From assembly GCA_963824565.1 (NCBI GenBank), contig CAWGQB010000027.1:92548-156547 (forward strand): DNA of 64,000 nucleotides. The letters run 5' to 3'. The position numbers were made by a program, and so were the translations under genes. The notes under the pieces were generated by a model. It worked only from the letters and a program-made list of their open reading frames with translations. It was not told where the DNA came from and did no database searches. Each line of letters starts with the position of its first letter. Position 1 is the stretch's first letter. The DNA is from an uncultured Pseudomonadota bacterium (lineage in GTDB: Bacteria > Desulfobacterota > Binatia > Binatales > Binataceae). Shown here piece by piece: positions 60,101-64,000 of this stretch.

Positions 60101-60338
60101 TTACGATGAAGCCTCGCAATGGTTCGCCGACGCGCGCGAAGTCCTCCACGAACAGGGGGCTCGCCCATTGCGCGCTATCACTGATTTCGATCAGGCCATC
60201 ATGTATCACCGTCGCGCCGGCCAGGGAGATATCGAACGTGCGGCTCCATTTTTGGAAGCCGCTTGCGAACAGTTCCGTCAGCTCGGCATGACGGGCTGGA
60301 TACGCCGCGCTGAGGCGGCTGCCAAAGCCGGTACGTGA
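57138..60338 (+). CDS. class III cyclase domain + AAA/STAND ATPase + TPR-like region (1066 aa), paralog 2
   Basis: Collinear with paralog 1 (roughly two-thirds identical by eye): VTLLLTDLVNSS, ELQWLGDGVLAAF, GYFGTPLVMVRRL, GEPGIGKTR and LVLVLDDLHWAD. Confidence 0.9.
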   Translation: MAESGTVTLLLTDLVNSSLLLERAGDEAGQRLFRAHHKLMTDAITSNGGEELQWLGDGVLAAFSSTADAVRCAIIIQQTARRPVEGARFEIRIGVHIGEALRREDGYFGTPLVMVRRLCERAAAGQILCSRLIAQILASRQSFTFRALDNVELKGFAAPIAISEVVYQRNDPAALLNRTPFVGRSEQLKRLSVKLEEACNGHGAVAMLQGEPGIGKTRTLAEFADMARQRGALVLRGACYDGEWQRPYGPFAEAIVEYTRHAQPAQLAAALGKSASIIARIAPALRERLGDIPEPTALDKDEERFRLLDAVSQFLIAIAQHTPLVLVLDDLHWADRGTTGLLGHVAHSVPANPMLLIGAYRDAEVDRMHPLSRAVVTIRRLPNFEIISLKGLGGEEVAELLEIVADHDAPQALVQTLSAETEGNPLFIREVLLHLLEEGKILRDGQGWISKFDVSELGIPEGVRSVIGRRLEKLSAEANRLLTVGACFKGSFSFEVAAAVAELDEDVALNAVDEALDVQLLRPGANAESFDFNHALIRHTLYSELNPARRVRLHRRIAEAMERTWGEKASEHAAEVAYQFWRGATASGTERGADYAIAAADYAEAAYAHDEVVAFLRIALELLARNDSRRTRLLARLGLALTWTLNEEEAVRVAHEAGDLIAPAESPAAAADYLRIAARAMYSAGLLRGAWELAKDGLRHAGDRHDVTWASLNEIDLMRQGAEDPANPGIRSDTPNEREHRAILRQLPPEQLRAAGLDRPFDSRNEILQSNDPSPIALLFLAGEYRRSLPIWQREAAEAERAGRIMWAMHAWASVARCHIALGDLTVAQAACDRAAVLSGRSVGSSPWLLNLLSARHDRRVMLDEGWEEVFSDPLVQTLMQEQRAENKWAAAPVHAASAYLFSRINQPEMAVQRLESLTAALEYGAGWANVYSGMACDAAATLWFLNRTDSIGVIERNLREKVIAPDFRYPMRDGRLSLARLCALQGRYDEASQWFADAREVLHEQGARPLRAITDFDQAIMYHRRAGQGDIERAAPFLEAACEQFRQLGMTGWIRRAEAAAKAGT

Positions 60339-60381
60339 AGTAAGTGCGCGGCTTCCCCTTGTACTGACCGGGTTTGCTCAA

Positions 60382-60402
60382 GGCCGATCGCGAAAATCGG
60401 CC
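60382..60402. terminator. small hairpin between convergent genes (GGCCGAT-cgcgaaa-ATCGGCC)
   Basis: Read directly from the sequence. It lies between the stop of cyclase 2 (60338) and the stop of DUF1330 (60414). Confidence 0.3.
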
Positions 60403-60413
60403 CTCGCGTGCCC

Positions 60414-60707
60414 TTATTCCTGGAAGACCGTGATCTCCAGATCCTGGTAACCCTGAGTCCGCAATGGAATCAGCTTCTGATACTCCGGGTCGTTGTGCCA
60501 GGCATGCACCGCGGCCAAGTCTGGGAAACGGAGCACCGCGCCGATGGTCCATTTGTGATGACCGGCTAGGGCCTCTAGGCCGCTGCCGCGCGCGACCAAT
60601 TGACCGCCGTGGCGCGCCACGATCGGCCCTGCGCCCGTCTGATACTGCTTCATCTGCTCGGCGCGCTCAGGATTGGGAGTCCCTTGAACGATTACCAGTA
60701 CGCTCAT
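60414..60707 (-). CDS. DUF1330 domain protein
   Basis: 97 aa, MSVLVIVQGTPNPERAEQMKQYQ...VLRFPDLAAVHAWHNDPEYQKL. This is the typical DUF1330 size and motif. Confidence 0.8.
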   Translation of the reverse strand: MSVLVIVQGTPNPERAEQMKQYQTGAGPIVARHGGQLVARGSGLEALAGHHKWTIGAVLRFPDLAAVHAWHNDPEYQKLIPLRTQGYQDLEITVFQE

Positions 60708-60921
60708 TGTTCTTCCTCGCTCTGACCGTTGTTTTGTTTCGGCACGTCAAACCTTAACTGAAGTCTCCGCCGAGGTCATCAGTGAGGAGAGGGCCCCAAT
60801 CTGAGAGTTCGCAAAAACTGTCAAACTGATTTCGGCTGCTTCTGGTTTAAATAATCTTGTCCAAAACCGGTGTAAATATTGCCCAAAGGTGGCCATCTGA
60901 TGTATTTGACTACATCGGGAG

Positions 60922-61200
60922 GTGAATAAGAAAATTCCGATTAATTTGCCAACGCATACCCCAAGTTTTCCTGTATGGGCAGCGGCGCGGTGGATTGAGT
61001 CAGTGGAACGACGGCGGTCACGATTAGCGATAAGTCTCGGTTTTGCAGCTTTGCTGCTTGGTCTGCCGCTCTTGGCGTTCGGCGACTTCACCACATTGAC
61101 CATCTCCAACGCTAACGTCACGTGACCAGTTCATCGCGACCACGATGAACTTCACGGTTAACCGTACCGGCGACACCAGTTACGACACATTCACTCAGCC
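60922..61200 (+). pseudogene. N-terminal remnant of a secreted repeat (Calx-beta/adhesin-like) protein, frame-broken and truncated
   Basis: The signal anchor is RRRSRLAISLGFAALLLGLPLLAFG, followed by DFTTLTISNANVT* and, in another frame, ...TTMNFTVNRTGDTSYDTFTQPG*. This resembles the first Calx-beta-type repeat (..ISIxDAxVTEG...FTVTLSG). It is cut off by the ACAD gene end. Confidence 0.3.
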
Positions 61201-61257
61201 AGGTTGACGCGCCTGCAAACGCGATGCTGTGTAAAAAAATCTGGTCGCGAATTACTA

Positions 61258-62376
61258 TTACAACCCGATAGCCTTGGCCACCCTTCATGATGCATCGCGG
61301 TGCTGCCCAGGCTGAGCTCAAAGGCTTTGGCGCGGCGGGTGAACAGTTGCAGGTCGTACTCGGCGGAGAACCCGATCGCGCCATGCACTTGATGGGCGTT
61401 GACGAACACGCGCCGGACCGCATCGTTGATGTAGGCCTTGGCTGACGCAACATCGAGGTCCGCGTCACCGCCCTGGTCGAGTCGCCAGGCCGCCTGCAGC
61501 GCCAGAAACCGGCAGGCGTCGATTTCGATGCGCATGTCGGAGCATCGATGGGCCACGGCCTGGAACGATCCGATTGGCCGCCCGAACTGCTCGCGGGTGC
61601 TGACGTGGGCCACCGCCAGCGCGAGGGCGCGCTCGCTTAGGCCGACCGCGTATGCGGCGTGCAAGACCGCAGCATGATCCAAAGACCGATTGAGTATCGC
61701 GCGCGCGTTGCCGGCGGTGTCGAGCACCTGCGCCGGAGTAACGGTCACGTTTTCGAAGGTGACGGTGTACAGCGGATCGCCGCCGATCGCGCGATGACGT
61801 TCGCATTTGACGCCCGCCGCGTCCCGCTCCAAGGCGATCAATGACAAGCCCCGCCCCTCGAGCACGGCGGCCACCAATAGCAGATGGGCAGTGGCCGCGT
61901 ACGGCACCAGAATCTTGACCCCCGAAATCCGCCAGTCGGCGCCCTGCTTGCGGCCGGCCAGGCGCACTTCGCTCCACTCATCGCCGCCGCCCTGCTCCAC
62001 CAACGCCATCGTGCCGATCACGTCGCCCTTGGCCAACTCCGGTAGCCATCGCCGGCGCTGATCCTCGGTGCCGGCCCACACTAGCGGTAACGCCCCGAGA
62101 GCGACCGACGTCAGCAGCGGTGAGGGAAACGCCACGCGGCCCAGTTCTTCGGCCAGGATCGAGAGATCCAGCATCTTGCCGCCGCTCCCGCCGTAACCCT
62201 CGGGCAGGGCAATGCCGGGGTAGCCGAGCTCGCAGAGCTTGGCCCACAAATCAGCCGAAAACCCGCTTTCGCTCGCCTCGACCTCACGCACCAACGTTGT
62301 GGAGCACACCTGTTCGCGCGAAATGGCGCGCGGCCTCGCTAAGTAAACGCTGCTCATCGGTGAAAGTCAGATCCAT
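61258..62376 (-). pseudogene. acyl-CoA dehydrogenase, frame breaks near both ends (about 62313-62325 and 61276-61283)
   Basis: ATG 62376 (SD GAGGTG) encodes MDLTFTDEQRLLSEAARHF.., which must shift frame to reach REQVCSTTLVREVEASESGF...(ORF 61191..62357). The C-terminus ...STAMHHEG must then shift at a G-run to give (V)AKAIGL* ending at TAA 61260..61258. Confidence 0.8.
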
Positions 62377-62505
62377 AGTCACCTCACGAGCCGACGCATA
62401 ACATTCCGCCCAACGCCGAACAAGGACGTAACATTAGTGCGGTGATGCCGGCACCCGCACCGCCACGCGACTGGCCGGCGCAAGTCGCGCACCGGCCTCT
62501 TCCGG

Positions 62506-63285
62506 CTATTCCTCCCATTCAAAGCTTCTCGAAAACGCCACCAGGCCATATTCATTGTCGCTGCCGTATCCGCCCTGTATGTCCATCCTCAGCTTCCAGG
62601 CCCGGAAGTAAAATCCCACATCGGGTCCGCCCTGGACTTGCAGACCTGCGTTGCCTCCCTCGCCCCAGATGGTTGCCCCCGCGCCCGCCATGACCATCAA
62701 CTGCGCGGTGGACAGCGCAATGACCCTCACGTCGATCAAAGCGTTGGTAAGGTCATTCTCAAAGTAGTGGCTGGAGTTGATCGACAGGTTTATGGGGTGC
62801 GCGTTATGGATATTCATCCAGCTCGAGAAGCTTCCCTCGATTACCTGGGAGTGGCTGTCGCCGATGTCGTTTCCGCCGACAACTGTCAGATGGGTGCCGT
62901 CGATCGGGGTCAGATCGATGCCGCCCTCGAACCGCCCGTAGAAAAATGGCCCATTGGTTGCCGGCGATATCGGGCTGTCGTAGCCGGTGCCTTTATACAG
63001 TTGATACGCGCTAAAACGCGCTACCAAGCCTAATCCGCGCGTAACGCTCTGCTCCAATTCGAATCCACCATGGGTGGTGCCATAAGATTCGCTGCCGTAA
63101 CCCGTGCCGAACAAGGTGAGGCTCAGATTGCCGGGCTGCTCCGCCGAGAGCATATTGGCCAACACATCGGCGCCCGCACGGCTCGCGAAGCCCAGAACCA
63201 GGGTTAAGGCCAAAATCACCGTCCGCGCAACGGGCGGCGGTAACAACCGCGTCTCTTCGTCCCTAAAGCTTCGACCGCGGCTCAT
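62506..63285 (-). CDS. putative outer-membrane beta-barrel protein (hypothetical)
   Basis: Signal peptide ...VILALTLVLGFASRAGA, followed by an alternating Gly/aromatic beta-strand pattern. No family recognised. Confidence 0.45.
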   Translation of the reverse strand: MSRGRSFRDEETRLLPPPVARTVILALTLVLGFASRAGADVLANMLSAEQPGNLSLTLFGTGYGSESYGTTHGGFELEQSVTRGLGLVARFSAYQLYKGTGYDSPISPATNGPFFYGRFEGGIDLTPIDGTHLTVVGGNDIGDSHSQVIEGSFSSWMNIHNAHPINLSINSSHYFENDLTNALIDVRVIALSTAQLMVMAGAGATIWGEGGNAGLQVQGGPDVGFYFRAWKLRMDIQGGYGSDNEYGLVAFSRSFEWEE

Positions 63286-63293
63286 TGTGCCTG

Positions 63294-63989
63294 CTACCTG
63301 TAGGCCGGAGAGAGCATCTCATTCATTCCCAGCGGAGACGGGGTGGCAGGCGGTTCCTCACAAGGCACCGTGGTTTCATAACCTGCCGTGGCGAGCACCG
63401 GTGCAGCTTTGGGATTGAGCGGATTGCTTACTTCCACGCGGCCCTTGTAAACCCCCACATCGGTATAGCGTAGACAATCGGGAAAGCCTGGACAGGGTGT
63501 GCCGGCGATATAGGCAACCTCGAACTCGGTACCGCGCACACCCATGAGTGCGTTCGGGGTACGGACCTCGAAACCATGACCGGCACTGCGCAAACCCAAG
63601 GTAACGATCGAGCGTAATCGCCCACCCAGGAGCCCTACCCTGCTGATACTGGAGCTTGTGCCGCTCACTCCATCGTTGATGACTACGGTCGTCGATGGTC
63701 CCACCACAAGGCGGCTATTGTCGCCGAAGGTCACTGTCAAACGCCCTTCGCGCTCGGTCACCAGTTTGTCGTTGGTCTCGACCGCCATCGCCATCGTCAC
63801 CTTCGAAGTATGACCATTGCGTAACAGCTCGGCGTCGCCGTCAATCGCGGTCACCAATCCCACCGAATTCTGCGCCCCTGCGGCGGACCATGCCTGGGAG
63901 AGGACAAGCAGCACTGTGATTATCGCCGTCAGGCGACGGTTTTGCGTTTGTTCTACCAACGGCACTGAGTTTCTCGTTTGCAGCACCAC
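63294..63989 (-). CDS. FecR-domain secreted protein
   Basis: Signal peptide LTAIITVLLVLSQAWSAAGA. FecR-like blocks are GRLTVTFGDNSRLVVGPSTTVVI and FEVRTPNALMGVRGTEFEV. Confidence 0.65.
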   Translation of the reverse strand: MVLQTRNSVPLVEQTQNRRLTAIITVLLVLSQAWSAAGAQNSVGLVTAIDGDAELLRNGHTSKVTMAMAVETNDKLVTEREGRLTVTFGDNSRLVVGPSTTVVINDGVSGTSSSISRVGLLGGRLRSIVTLGLRSAGHGFEVRTPNALMGVRGTEFEVAYIAGTPCPGFPDCLRYTDVGVYKGRVEVSNPLNPKAAPVLATAGYETTVPCEEPPATPSPLGMNEMLSPAYR

Positions 63990-64000
63990 TGGATTAGGCG

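Noticed and set aside
55900-60338. C-termini of both STAND cyclases. I looked for a LuxR-type HTH, as in Rv0386 and LAL regulators.
   Set aside because: There is no ..L(T/S)xRExEVLxLxAxGxSNxEIA..-like segment. The sequence stays TPR/helical-repeat-like to the stop codon.
60747-61121. 124-aa minus-strand ORF in the AT-richer stretch after DUF1330.
   Set aside because: It has no SD and no recognisable motifs. The opposite strand carries a signal-anchor plus Calx-beta-like relic that explains the open frames better.

Overview
High-G+C bacterial chromosomal window. Hand counts of single 60-nt lines give about 65% G+C in core genes and 38-45% in some accessory stretches. Gene content is diderm-type (two RND pumps, a TonB-dependent receptor, lipoproteins, DUF1329). 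I cannot assign a taxon from the sequence.

Content from left to right:
- A partial acyl-CoA dehydrogenase, a DUF1329 protein and an amidohydrolase.
- A tRNA-Ser(UGA)-adjacent patch carrying vapBC.
- RND operon 1.
- A 2.3-kb mosaic of truncated genes: a RepA-type replication-initiator fragment with iteron-like repeats, an aldehyde dehydrogenase, a quinone oxidoreductase and an IS1380-family remnant.
- A stand-alone class III cyclase.
- An oxygenase/tailoring cluster: SAM methyltransferase, P450, tandem EthD, TauD and a CmcJ-like protein.
- An ABC-2 exporter.
- An Nramp-family gene split by a second IS1380 remnant plus a low-G+C orphan 645-aa gene.
- Two multicopper oxidases flanking a badly decayed TonB receptor, then a lipoprotein and an MFS transporter.
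- RND operon 2.
- An intact ~16-kb block (44.2-60.3 kb), described next.

The 44.2-60.3 kb block is my best candidate for an undescribed system. It combines two tandem cyclase-AAA(STAND)-TPR proteins, an unannotated 53-aa double-glycine-leader peptide, and a C39-peptidase ABC exporter carrying two cNMP-binding domains. It also has HlyD, a SurA/PpiC-like protein, a cNMP-binding patatin lipase and an EEP-family enzyme. A conserved promoter plus structured leader occurs twice, upstream of RND operon 2 (which runs into patatin/EEP) and upstream of cyclase 2. This suggests a shared regulon.

Major caveat: outside two intact blocks, roughly 20 genes have broken reading frames, mostly 1-nt indels and often at short homopolymer runs, plus 3-4 in-frame TAG codons. 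I label these genes 'pseudogene', but assembly or sequencing indels are an equally valid explanation.

All family calls are by-eye motif recognition. No database search was run. I found no rRNA and no CRISPR array.
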